Positions 8,188 through 17,200 of a stretch of 55,373 bases of DNA are shown here, one piece after another. The stretch comes from Woeseiaceae bacterium. Lineage in GTDB: Bacteria > Pseudomonadota > Gammaproteobacteria > Steroidobacterales > Woeseiaceae. The stretch is from positions 1 through 55,373 of the forward strand of contig JBFELT010000001.1 in the NCBI GenBank assembly GCA_041552015.1. Direction: 5' to 3'. The notes beneath the pieces were generated by a model, which did no database searches, had not been told where the DNA came from, and saw only the letters and a list, made by a program, of their open reading frames with translations. Positions within the stretch are counted from its first letter, which is position 1; every line of letters starts with the position of its first letter. The position numbers and the translations under genes are program-made.

Positions 8188-9957
8188 ATGCGAGCATCAT
8201 TTTCAGTCGCGATAACGGCAGTGTTTTCTCTGCCTGCCGGCGCAGCCGATATCACGCAAGGCGACACCATTGTCGTAACGGCGACGCGAACGCCGATACA
8301 ACAGGCGGAAGCCACAGTGCCGGTCACCGTAATCACGCGCGAAGACATCGAACTGTCGCTGGCAACCGATCTCTCCGAGTTGCTGCGATTCCAGGCCGGT
8401 ATCGATATCGGGCGCAACGGCGGGCCGGGCCAGGCGACTTCGGTTTTCCTTCGCGGCACCGAGAGCAACCACACGCTGGTACTTGTCGACGGAGTTCGTA
8501 TGAACCCCGGCACGATCGGCGGCGCCGCCGTGCAAAATATCTCGCCGCAGCTGATCGAGCGCGTCGAAATTGTCAAGGGCGCGCGTTCTGCATTGTTCGG
8601 AACGGATGCAATTGGCGGCGTAATCAATGTGATCACGCGGCGAACTGAAGAAGGCTATTTCGAGGGCGGCATCGGTAGCGGCAGTTTTGCGTCACAGTCG
8701 GGCAACGTCTCCGGCGGCAATCGGACGGCGAACTACGAGTTCGGGATCAATCTCGACTGGCAAGACACCGAGGGCTACGCGCCGCGAACCGACTCCGAGC
8801 TCCGTCGGGGCTACGACAACCTGTCGGCCAATCTGTACGCATCGAAACGATTTGGCAGCAACGAGCTGAGCATTCGTCACTGGCGTGGCGGTGGCAACGT
8901 CGAGTACCTGGACTTTTTCCTGAACCCCGTGGATCAGGATTACGAAAACGCGGTGACCTCGATCGCGCTGGACACGCGACGATCGGCGGCGGGAAACAGC
9001 AAGCTCGTGCTGTCGTTCTCGAAGGATGACATTCGCCAGCAGCAGTCACCGGATTTCGTCAACTCGGAACGGCTGAGCCTGGACTGGCAATACAGCCACG
9101 CATTGGAGAGCCACACGATAACGGGCGGCCTGCTGTTTGTGGATGAGGATACCGGCTCGTTGTCCTTCGGCTCTGGGTTCGACGAAAGAACGCTCACGCG
9201 CGCCGCGTTCCTGCAGGATCAGCTCTCCGTTGGCCGGCATCGGGGTTTCCTTGCCCTGCGCATCACGGATCACGAGAATTTCGGCAATCACGTAACCTGG
9301 AATGCGGAATATGCGTTCGCAATCAACGATGCGCTGACGCTCAACCTCGGCCTGGGCCATGCGTTTCGGGCCGCTGACGCCACCGATCGATTCGGCTTCG
9401 GTGGAACACCCGATTTGCGGCCGGAAATTGCGGACGAACAGCAGCTGGGGATTCGCTATGTTATCCGCGAGCGTCACAAGTTCGACATCGAGCTTTACGC
9501 AAATCGCATCAGGGACCTGATCGAATACGACTTCCAGTCGTTCACCCTGCGGAACCTCGACGAAGCGCAGATCCGGGGCGCGCAACTTGGCTACGAGTAC
9601 CGTGGAGAGACCTTCGCGCTGCAGGCTAATTTCGTCAGACAGCGAGCGGAAAACGCGGTCACGGGCGCACGCCTGTTGCGGCGCGCCGAGGAAACCGCGA
9701 CCATCAGTTTCACACAGGATATTGGCGCACATCGTGTACGCCTCTCCATGCTTGCCAGCGGTGATCGCGAGGACTTCGGCGGCGTCAGGCTACCTGGCTA
9801 CGTCGTGGCCAGTCTCAGCACTCTGCTGCAGCTCAATGACAGCTGGCAACTGATCGCACGCCTGGAAAACCTGGCGGACGCGCACTATCAAACCGCGGCA
9901 GACTACCGCATGCAGGAACAGAGCGGCTTTCTGGAGCTTCGATTCCGCTGGCAATAA
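8188..9957 (+). CDS. btuB: TonB-dependent vitamin B12 outer-membrane receptor
   Basis: Signal peptide, TonB box DTIVVTATR, plug motifs (VEIVKGARSALFGTDAIGGVINVIT), and a short 589-aa barrel typical of BtuB. Preceded by the B12 riboswitch. Confidence 0.85.
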   Translation: MRASFSVAITAVFSLPAGAADITQGDTIVVTATRTPIQQAEATVPVTVITREDIELSLATDLSELLRFQAGIDIGRNGGPGQATSVFLRGTESNHTLVLVDGVRMNPGTIGGAAVQNISPQLIERVEIVKGARSALFGTDAIGGVINVITRRTEEGYFEGGIGSGSFASQSGNVSGGNRTANYEFGINLDWQDTEGYAPRTDSELRRGYDNLSANLYASKRFGSNELSIRHWRGGGNVEYLDFFLNPVDQDYENAVTSIALDTRRSAAGNSKLVLSFSKDDIRQQQSPDFVNSERLSLDWQYSHALESHTITGGLLFVDEDTGSLSFGSGFDERTLTRAAFLQDQLSVGRHRGFLALRITDHENFGNHVTWNAEYAFAINDALTLNLGLGHAFRAADATDRFGFGGTPDLRPEIADEQQLGIRYVIRERHKFDIELYANRIRDLIEYDFQSFTLRNLDEAQIRGAQLGYEYRGETFALQANFVRQRAENAVTGARLLRRAEETATISFTQDIGAHRVRLSMLASGDREDFGGVRLPGYVVASLSTLLQLNDSWQLIARLENLADAHYQTAADYRMQEQSGFLELRFRWQ

Positions 9958-9971
9958 GGACGAACAGGCAC

Positions 9972-10529
9972 ATGGGCAATCGGCTCACCAAGATTTACAC
10001 ACGGACCGGCGACGACGGTACAACGGGCCTCGGCGACGGCAGCCGGACCGCAAAAGACAGCGCACGCGTCGAGGCTTATGGAACGGTCGACGAGGCAAAC
10101 AGTGCGATTGGCATGGTGCTAGCCTCCGAGACTGTCCCGGAGGCTGTGCGCCATTGCCTGATCGAGGTGCAGCACGACTTGTTCGAACTCGGCGGCGAGC
10201 TCTGTATTCCGGGACATGTCGCAATCAGCGACGATTTCATCGAGCGCCTGGAGAACCAGCTTGACGGTTTTAACGACGGGCTTCCGCGACTGAAGGAATT
10301 CATACTACCCGGCGGTGGTCCGGCCGCCGCGGCCTGCCATCTTGCCCGAACCATCGTGCGGCGCGCCGAGCGGCGCAGCTACACGCTGGCAAATCTCGAG
10401 GACGTGCGCCCTGAAGTCGTCAAGTACCTGAATCGCCTGTCCGACCTGTTGTTTGTCCTGGCTCGCGTTATCGGCCGGGCCGAATCGGGCCAGGAAGTAC
10501 TCTGGAACAGGAATCGAAGCGAACACTGA
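9972..10529 (+). CDS. pduO: ATP:cob(I)alamin adenosyltransferase, PduO/MMAB type
   Basis: N-terminal KIYTRTGDDGTTGL and the EAYGTVDEANS and LARTIVRRAER motifs. Confidence 0.9.
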   Translation: MGNRLTKIYTRTGDDGTTGLGDGSRTAKDSARVEAYGTVDEANSAIGMVLASETVPEAVRHCLIEVQHDLFELGGELCIPGHVAISDDFIERLENQLDGFNDGLPRLKEFILPGGGPAAAACHLARTIVRRAERRSYTLANLEDVRPEVVKYLNRLSDLLFVLARVIGRAESGQEVLWNRNRSEH

Positions 10530-10538
10530 CCGGGCTGA

Positions 10539-11405
10539 TCAGCGCGCGCTGAACGCCTCACGATTGAAGCGCGCTTTCTGTAGCGCAAGGCACATCGCGC
10601 CGCCCGCCAGTATCAGCCTGGGCGTCGCCCGGGCGATTTCGTCCGCAGGCAGCAGAAACAGGTTGCCGTAAAGATTGGCGGATACCTCTGGCCAGCGCTG
10701 CCACTCGGCGAACGCGTCGTCACCCGCATCCGTACTCGCAAGCATTACCTCGGGATTGCGATCTACGACCGCCTCTACCGAGATCCCGGGCGCCAGGTCT
10801 TCGAGGTCCGCGAAGACGTTTCGACCGCCACAAATCTCGATCAGCTCGCTGACGAAATGCTCGCGATTGACGGTATACAAGGGTCGCGCCGACACCTGGT
10901 AGAACACGCTGATGGATGGCCTGCCCTGCTGCGAGTCATGCAACTGCCGCAGTGCCTCCTGGAACTGCGTCGCCGCCCGATTGGCTTCGGACGATCGGCC
11001 CGTAAGCTCGCCAATTCGCAGCAAGGCGCGGCTGACGTCCTGCAAACCCCGCGTTCGTATCGTCTCGACCCGGTATCCCGACTTGCGAAGCTCGTCGACC
11101 GCGTGCCTCGGCGTGCCGCTTTCCCAAACCAGCAGCAAGTCCGGGTCGAGCAGCGCGAGTTGCTCCTGATCGACCGTGAAGGCATCGCCGATGACGGGAA
11201 GCTCGAGTGCTTCGGGCGGATAGTCGGACCAGGCGCTGACACCGACCAGCGAGTCGCCCGCGCCAACCGCGAAGACGAGTTCGGTGAGGTTGGGTGCGAG
11301 CGTCACGATGCGCCGATAGACATCTGGATCTTTCTGGCCGGGATGCTCGGGCTGACAGGCGCAGAGAGCGGCCACCAGCAAGGCCAGCACGAGCGTTCGC
11401 CTCAC
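10539..11405 (-). CDS. btuF: periplasmic substrate-binding lipoprotein, BtuF/FecB (cluster A-2) family
   Basis: Lipobox LLVAALCAC. RIVTLAPNLTELVFAVGAGDSLVGVS is typical of BtuF-like binders. The GTG start overlaps the ampE stop (GTGA). Confidence 0.7.
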   Translation of the reverse strand: MRRTLVLALLVAALCACQPEHPGQKDPDVYRRIVTLAPNLTELVFAVGAGDSLVGVSAWSDYPPEALELPVIGDAFTVDQEQLALLDPDLLLVWESGTPRHAVDELRKSGYRVETIRTRGLQDVSRALLRIGELTGRSSEANRAATQFQEALRQLHDSQQGRPSISVFYQVSARPLYTVNREHFVSELIEICGGRNVFADLEDLAPGISVEAVVDRNPEVMLASTDAGDDAFAEWQRWPEVSANLYGNLFLLPADEIARATPRLILAGGAMCLALQKARFNREAFSAR

Positions 11406-12319
11406 CGGGTGAGGCCGTACAACGTCATCGCAGAAATAATCACAGCCCAGATAATGAGTTGACGAAACACCAGCCGATTTGCGGAGATGGCGCCACGCAC
11501 GCCGCGTTCGGTTATGGTCTCGTCGGGCCTGTCGCCGAGCGCGAGGGCCGCAGTTCCGACGCGCGCGAGCAGGTGCTCACTCTGCTCGGAAGTCGTTGCA
11601 TCGCGTTCTTCCGTGGGCGCGCGCATTGCCGCGATGGCCTCATCGAAGTGTCCCGCCGCCGCGTAGCCGACCGCGGAGAGGCGCGCCGGAATCCAGGCAA
11701 GCCAGCCGTGCAACATGACCGCGGCATCGCGTACGGCGTCCGCGTTGCCGGCTGCTTCGGATTCGGCAGCACGAGAGGCGCTAAAGACGGCGCGTCGCCG
11801 TATCAGATCGGTCACTCGATACGCCCAGGCCGCGAGCGGGCCCAGCAGGACGAACCAGAACACCACGGCGAAAAGCCGATTGTTCGCCTGTACGCAGACT
11901 GACGCCTCGACGCGCTGGATGCGTTCAAGGGCGTCGCCCGGCACCTCGCCCTCGACGATTGCCTTCGCCGCGTTCTGAATGGCCTGTTCGTCCTCCGCTT
12001 CCAGCGCCCGGCAGTACTCATCAACCTCTTCGCCAATGTCCCGAGGGCCCAGGGAGAAGAACAACACGACGATCGCGATTATCAGGTACGTAAATCCGGC
12101 CAGGGTCCCGCCGAGGCCGAAGATGACCAGGAAAACCGGCAGTACCAGCACGACCGCGAGCAGCACCACCGGAATGAGCGCCGGCCAGTTGGCGATCCGC
12201 TCAGCCTGCCTGAATCCGAAATCGATAATGCGATCCAGCCAGCGCATTCGCCGCCAGTGAAAAAGCTGCGTCGCCAGTCGTTCGACAACCAGGCCAATAA
12301 GAAGGGCGATAAGGTTCAT
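11402..12319 (-). CDS. ampE: AmpE-like inner-membrane protein
   Basis: Multi-TM protein lying directly downstream of ampD. Resembles AmpE at the N-terminus (LIALLIGLVVERL...HWRR), FAVVFWFVLLGPLAAWAYR, WIPARLSAVGYAAAGHF, and the C-terminal TM segment. Confidence 0.65.
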   Translation of the reverse strand: MNLIALLIGLVVERLATQLFHWRRMRWLDRIIDFGFRQAERIANWPALIPVVLLAVVLVLPVFLVIFGLGGTLAGFTYLIIAIVVLFFSLGPRDIGEEVDEYCRALEAEDEQAIQNAAKAIVEGEVPGDALERIQRVEASVCVQANNRLFAVVFWFVLLGPLAAWAYRVTDLIRRRAVFSASRAAESEAAGNADAVRDAAVMLHGWLAWIPARLSAVGYAAAGHFDEAIAAMRAPTEERDATTSEQSEHLLARVGTAALALGDRPDETITERGVRGAISANRLVFRQLIIWAVIISAMTLYGLTR

Positions 12320-12367
12320 AGGTAATCAGCTCTTTGGCGAACAGTGTCTGGAGGCAGGCACATGGAA

Positions 12368-12934
12368 TCAGCTCCCTCCGAGCACATCATACAAGCGCAG
12401 CCAATCGAAAGCAGGACCCGGATCGCTCTTGCGGCCGGGAGCGATATCGCAATGCCCGGCGACCTCCCTTGCCGATATACCCGGATACGCATCGAATATC
12501 GCGCGGAGCAGAGGCGCAAGCGCCTCGTACTGGCGATCGTCATAAGGGGTTTCATCCTCACCCTCCAGCTCGATACCGATGGAATAGTCATTGCAGCGCG
12601 TTGCACCACGGAAACACGATTCCCCGGCGTGCCAGGCCCTTTCGGTCAGCGGCACGAACTGCAGCACCGAACCGTCCCGTCGCACGAGCAGATGCGCCGA
12701 CACCTGCATGCCACGAATTTCCTCGAAGTACGGGTGCGCTCCATGGTCCAGGGTATTCGTAAAAAACGCCTCGATGGCCGTGCCGCCGAACTGCCCTGGC
12801 GGCAGGCTAATGCCGTGCAAAACCACCAATCGGGGCACGCTGCCGTCCGGCCGCGCGTCCTGATTCGGGCTCGCACACTGGACGGCCGGCTCGATGAGAC
12901 CGGTGTCGGTGAAGACTTCAAACTGCGTTTGCAT
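12368..12934 (-). CDS. ampD: 1,6-anhydro-N-acetylmuramyl-L-alanine amidase
   Basis: Amidase_2 motifs: LVVLHGISLPPGQFGG, VSAHLLVRRDGSVLQFV, AWHAGES, NDYSIGIELEG, GHCDIAPGRKSDPGPAFDW. Confidence 0.9.
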   Translation of the reverse strand: MQTQFEVFTDTGLIEPAVQCASPNQDARPDGSVPRLVVLHGISLPPGQFGGTAIEAFFTNTLDHGAHPYFEEIRGMQVSAHLLVRRDGSVLQFVPLTERAWHAGESCFRGATRCNDYSIGIELEGEDETPYDDRQYEALAPLLRAIFDAYPGISAREVAGHCDIAPGRKSDPGPAFDWLRLYDVLGGS

Positions 12935-12990
12935 GGACTTGCATCATTTGTCACGGTTGCGTCATCGAACCCGAGCGAACATAGTAAACC

Positions 12991-13728
12991 ATGCCTCGAA
13001 CGAGACTCCACATTGCGGCCGGGCTCAGCGTGAGTTCGACGCTGCAACTCGATGCCGACAAGGCGCGCTATCTGAGCCGCGTGTTGCGCTTGCACGTTGG
13101 CGACACTGTATCGGTATTCGACGGCTCCGGCGCCGAATACGCGGCGACCATTAGCGCAATCAGCAAATCGGAAGCTACGCTGAGTGTCGGGGAAGAAATC
13201 GAGACCCGCAGCGAATCGACGTTGCGAGTGCATCTCGTGCAGGGCATCTCGCGCGGCGAGCGCATGGACTTCGTTGTACAGAAGGCGACCGAACTCGGCA
13301 TCAAGCGCATTACGCCGGTATTGACCGAGTTCGGTGTTGTCAAACTCGACGCCAAGCGGGCCGAAAAACGCCGCGAACACTGGATAAAGGTCGCCGCAAG
13401 CGCCTGCGAGCAATGTGGCCGGGTTCGCTTGCCGCTGATCGACACACCAATCTCGCTGAATCGCTGGTTTGGCGGCAAGGCAGAGAAGGTCGACACGGAA
13501 ATCATTCTCAGGCCGGGTGCAGCAACGCCGCTCGCGCGCATCGATTGCCCGAAGACCAAGGTCTGCGTATTGATCGGTCCGGAAGGCGGCTTCAGCGAGA
13601 GCGAATTCGAGGATGCCGAGGTAGCCGGTTTCCGGCCCGTATCGCTCGGCCCGAGAATATTGCGCACCGAGACGGCCGCGGTTGCCGCTCTGGCCGTGCT
13701 GCAATCGATGTGGGGAGACCTGCGCTAG
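12991..13728 (+). CDS. rsmE: 16S rRNA (uracil1498-N3)-methyltransferase
   Basis: Motifs DKARYLSRVLRLHVGD, ERMDFVVQKATELG and IGPEGGFSESE ... LGPRILRTETAA. Confidence 0.9.
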   Translation: MPRTRLHIAAGLSVSSTLQLDADKARYLSRVLRLHVGDTVSVFDGSGAEYAATISAISKSEATLSVGEEIETRSESTLRVHLVQGISRGERMDFVVQKATELGIKRITPVLTEFGVVKLDAKRAEKRREHWIKVAASACEQCGRVRLPLIDTPISLNRWFGGKAEKVDTEIILRPGAATPLARIDCPKTKVCVLIGPEGGFSESEFEDAEVAGFRPVSLGPRILRTETAAVAALAVLQSMWGDLR

Positions 13729-13738
13729 GGCCGGGTTG

Positions 13739-14209
13739 TCAGGCCTGCTGCGTTTCGCCCGCGAGCATGCCTTCCAGCCTCTCTAGATCGGGAATCAGCG
13801 GGAACTCGTTGATCATGCGTACGCGACACAGCACCGGTGCGTCGTCCGGCCAGCCATCTTTGGCCTCCAGCTTCAGCACTTCCCTGTTCACACGCACGAG
13901 CTGCGGGAAGCCCTGCGTGAGAACTCCGAAAAAGCCGTTCCTGAGTTTTCCGGTACTAGCGTAGAAAACGACGATGCGCGTGCGACCCGTGGCAACCGGC
14001 ATCTCGTTGCCAAGCGCCCCCTCGAAAGACACGACTGGCAGCGGTCGGCCATTCCAGTTCACGTTGCCAAGGATCCAGGGATGCGCAGTCGCCTCTTTTT
14101 TCGGTTCCTCGTAGCGAACAACCTCGGCAACGCAGGCGCGCGGCACGATCAGCCTGTCGCCGGACAACGGCACAAGCAGGCTGTAGAGTTCGTCCTCGGC
14201 GGCAGTCAT
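13739..14209 (-). CDS. chpC: CheW-like coupling protein of the Pil-Chp system
   Basis: CheW-domain-like 156-aa protein (LLVPLSGDRLIVPRACVAEV ... PWILGNVNWNGRPLPVV). ATGA overlap with the chpA stop. Confidence 0.7.
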   Translation of the reverse strand: MTAAEDELYSLLVPLSGDRLIVPRACVAEVVRYEEPKKEATAHPWILGNVNWNGRPLPVVSFEGALGNEMPVATGRTRIVVFYASTGKLRNGFFGVLTQGFPQLVRVNREVLKLEAKDGWPDDAPVLCRVRMINEFPLIPDLERLEGMLAGETQQA

Positions 14210-17200
14210 GGGAGCTCTATTCCCTTGTCTTCGAGCTGCCGGCGAATCGCCGTGAGCAGCTGTGAATCCTGGTACGGTTTGCCGAGATAGTCGTTCACAC
14301 CAAGTTCGATCGCGCGCGCGCGGTGTTTGTCGCCCACGCGAGATGTAATCATGATGATAGGCACGTCCGCGACGCGAGAGTCATTTCGCACGTGTGAGGC
14401 GAACTCGTAGCCATCCATGCGAGGCATTTCAATATCCAGCAGAATAATATCGGGCTTGTGGTCCTGCATGACGCTGATCGCGTCGAGACCGTCTTTCGCT
14501 GTCGCGACCCGCATGCCACTGCGATGCAGGAAGCGCTCTGTAACGCGGCGCACCGTAATTGAATCGTCCACGACCAGCGCGAGCGGACGGGTATCGCTCG
14601 GCGTCGGCGCCGCCTTCTTCAGTTCGACCACGGGTGCGCCTGTGCGAACGAGCGCATTAATGTCCAGGATCAGAATGATTCGTCCATCGCCGAGAATCGT
14701 GGCGCCGGATATGCCGCGAATTCCCGCGAGCTGCGGCCCCACGGCTTTCACCACGACCTCGCGGCTCGCCAGCATCTCATCAACCAGCAGCGCCGCGGAG
14801 TATTCGCCCGCGCGCACGAGGATGACCGGTATCGCCGTGTCTTCCTCCGGCAGCTTGGCGGCCTGACCACCCAGATACATGCCGAGGTGCCTGAATTTGT
14901 AGGCTTGTTCCCCGTACAGATAGCTAGGCTCGCTCTGGCTCAGGAGGTTTTCGAGCTCGCCGCGTGGGATGCGCGCTACGCCCTCGACCGTCGGCAGCGG
15001 CAGCGCATAGACCTCCTCGCCGGTACGCACGATCAGGGCCTGTGTAATTGCCAGCGTAAACGGCAGTCGCACCGTGAAATTGGTGCCCTGCCCGGTAACC
15101 GACGAGATGCGCAGACTTCCGCCGAGCTTCTTGACCTCGTTGGCAACGACGTCCATGCCAACACCGCGCCCGGCCGACTGCGTGACCGACCCTGCCGTCG
15201 TAAAGCCCGGCGTCAGGATGAGCGCCATGATCTCCTCGTCCGTAACTTTGCTGTCAGGACGAAGCAGGTCCGATTCGTAAGCCTTGCGACGTATCGCGTC
15301 CACATCCAGGCCGCGACCGTCGTCGGCGACATCGATGACCATCTCGGCGCCTTCGCGATGCAGGCGTATCGTGATGCGCCCCATTGCCGGCTTGCCTTCT
15401 GCCTGGCGTAGCGCCGGATCCTCGATGCCATGAATTACGGCGTTCCTCAGCATGTGCTCGAACGGCGGCAACATCTTCTCCAGCACCTGTCGATCGAGTT
15501 CTCCGGACGCGCCTTCAACCGCCAGCTCGGCGCGTTTACCCGCTTCCTGGGCCGCTTGTCGGACCAGACGCGTCAGCCGCGGAACGTGGCGCTCGAACGG
15601 CACCATGCGGGTTCGCATGAGTCCGTCCTGCAATTCCGCGGTTACGCGGGATTGCTGAACGAGCAGTCCTTCCGCTTCGTTGGTAACCGACTTGAGTAGG
15701 TCCTTGAGGCTGCCGAGGTCGCTCGCCGATTCCGCCAGCGCCCGGGACAGTTGCTGAATATTGGAATATCGATCGAGTTCCAGCGGATCGAAGTCCCGCG
15801 CCACCAGCGTGTCCTGGTGGCCGTGCATGATCTGGGCCTCGGTTTCGATTTCCAGTTTCCTGAGCTGCTGGCGCAGCCTTGCAATGGTCTGCTCGAGTTC
15901 ATCGACATGAAACTCGAAGGAACTGACTTGCTGGTTGAGACGAGAGTGATAGATGCTGATTTCGCCGGCGGCGTTGAGCAGGTCCTCGAGCAGGTCCGCG
16001 TCAACGCGTGCAAACTCCTGGCGCTGCTCCGGCGCACGCAGGGGCCGTACGTCGGCGCCGCGTGCAAGCTCCGGCGATGGCGCCTGCTCAGGCTCGGCTG
16101 CCGCTTCAACTTCCTGTTTGTCTTCGTGCTTGTCTTCATCTTCGACTTCGGCGTCAGCCGGTGCCGCTGCTTCTGGCTCCGCCTGCTGTTCTGCGGTCGC
16201 GCCGGCTTCCGCCGCCGGCTCCGATGGCATTGCGAAGTCATCGCCCGGCCCTGGCTCCGGCGGCGTAACCAGCACTTCGGGCTCGGGCCCGGGACGGGTC
16301 TCTTCCTCGGCCGGCGCCTGGATCAGTGGAACTTCCTGCTCGGCGGGCTTTCGGGCGTCGGCGAGCTCATCGACCAGGTTGGAATCCACGATAACCATGC
16401 TGACCGTGTCATCGGGTTCGAACGTGAACGCGGCTGTCGGTGCTTCCTGTACGTTCGTGTCATCGAAAGCCAGCTCGACGTCAGCTTCCTCGGCGACCTC
16501 AAAGCCGGCATTGGCCTGCTGAATTTTTTGCTCGAGGTCCGCAGCCGTTCTCACCGGCTTTCCGGCCATGACCAGGTCACGCATGTGATGCAGCTCATCG
16601 ACGCTGCGTTGAAGCAGATCCTCTATCGTCGGTGTCGCCTTCACACGTCCTTCGTCGACGGAAATCAGCAGGGTCTCGAGTTCGTGGCTCAGGTTTCCCA
16701 TGGCGGTGATGCCGGCCATGCGCGCACCACCTTTCAAGGTATGCAGGTGACGCTTGAGCTCCTCCATCGGCTGCGCCGAGCGTTCGCGAACCCACTCGAT
16801 GAGCGCTTTTTCGGCCGACTCCAGAAGCTCCGCCGACTCTTCCGTGAATATCGACGCGATTTCGGCGTCGTATTCGGGTTCATCGCTCTCGACCTCAACG
16901 GGCGACTCCACAACGGCGACAGGCTCGGGCGCCGCCTCTTCGACCTCCATGTCTTCGGGCGTTTCGGCGGGGCGCACGGCATCGGCGAGCGCGGAAATAT
17001 GTTCGATCAGCGCCGTGTAATCGGCCCGTCCCCGATCGGGGTTGTTGATGTCCCTGACGATCGTGGCGATCGCGCCGGCCGCAGCCTTGAGCACTGCGAG
17101 GCCGGATTGTTGAAAACCGACCTTGTGATCATAAACACGCCGCACGTAGCGATTCAGTGCGGCGGCGACGGCAACGCCACGCTGAACGTTTGCCATGTTG

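Noticed and set aside
7580-8648. ORFs of 134, 245 and 232 aa overlapping the btuB leader and 5' end.
   Set aside because: They run through the cobalamin riboswitch or antisense to btuB. Their products are Arg/Pro-rich nonsense.
11402-12319. I first read this multi-TM ORF as CobD/CbiB because it sits next to btuF, pduO and btuB.
   Set aside because: The sequence layout and its position directly after ampD fit AmpE better (N-terminal LVVERL..HW, FWFVLLGPLAAWAYR, WIPARLSAVGYAAAGH). I see no HP-x-R-type CbiB N-terminal motif. A profile search should confirm this.
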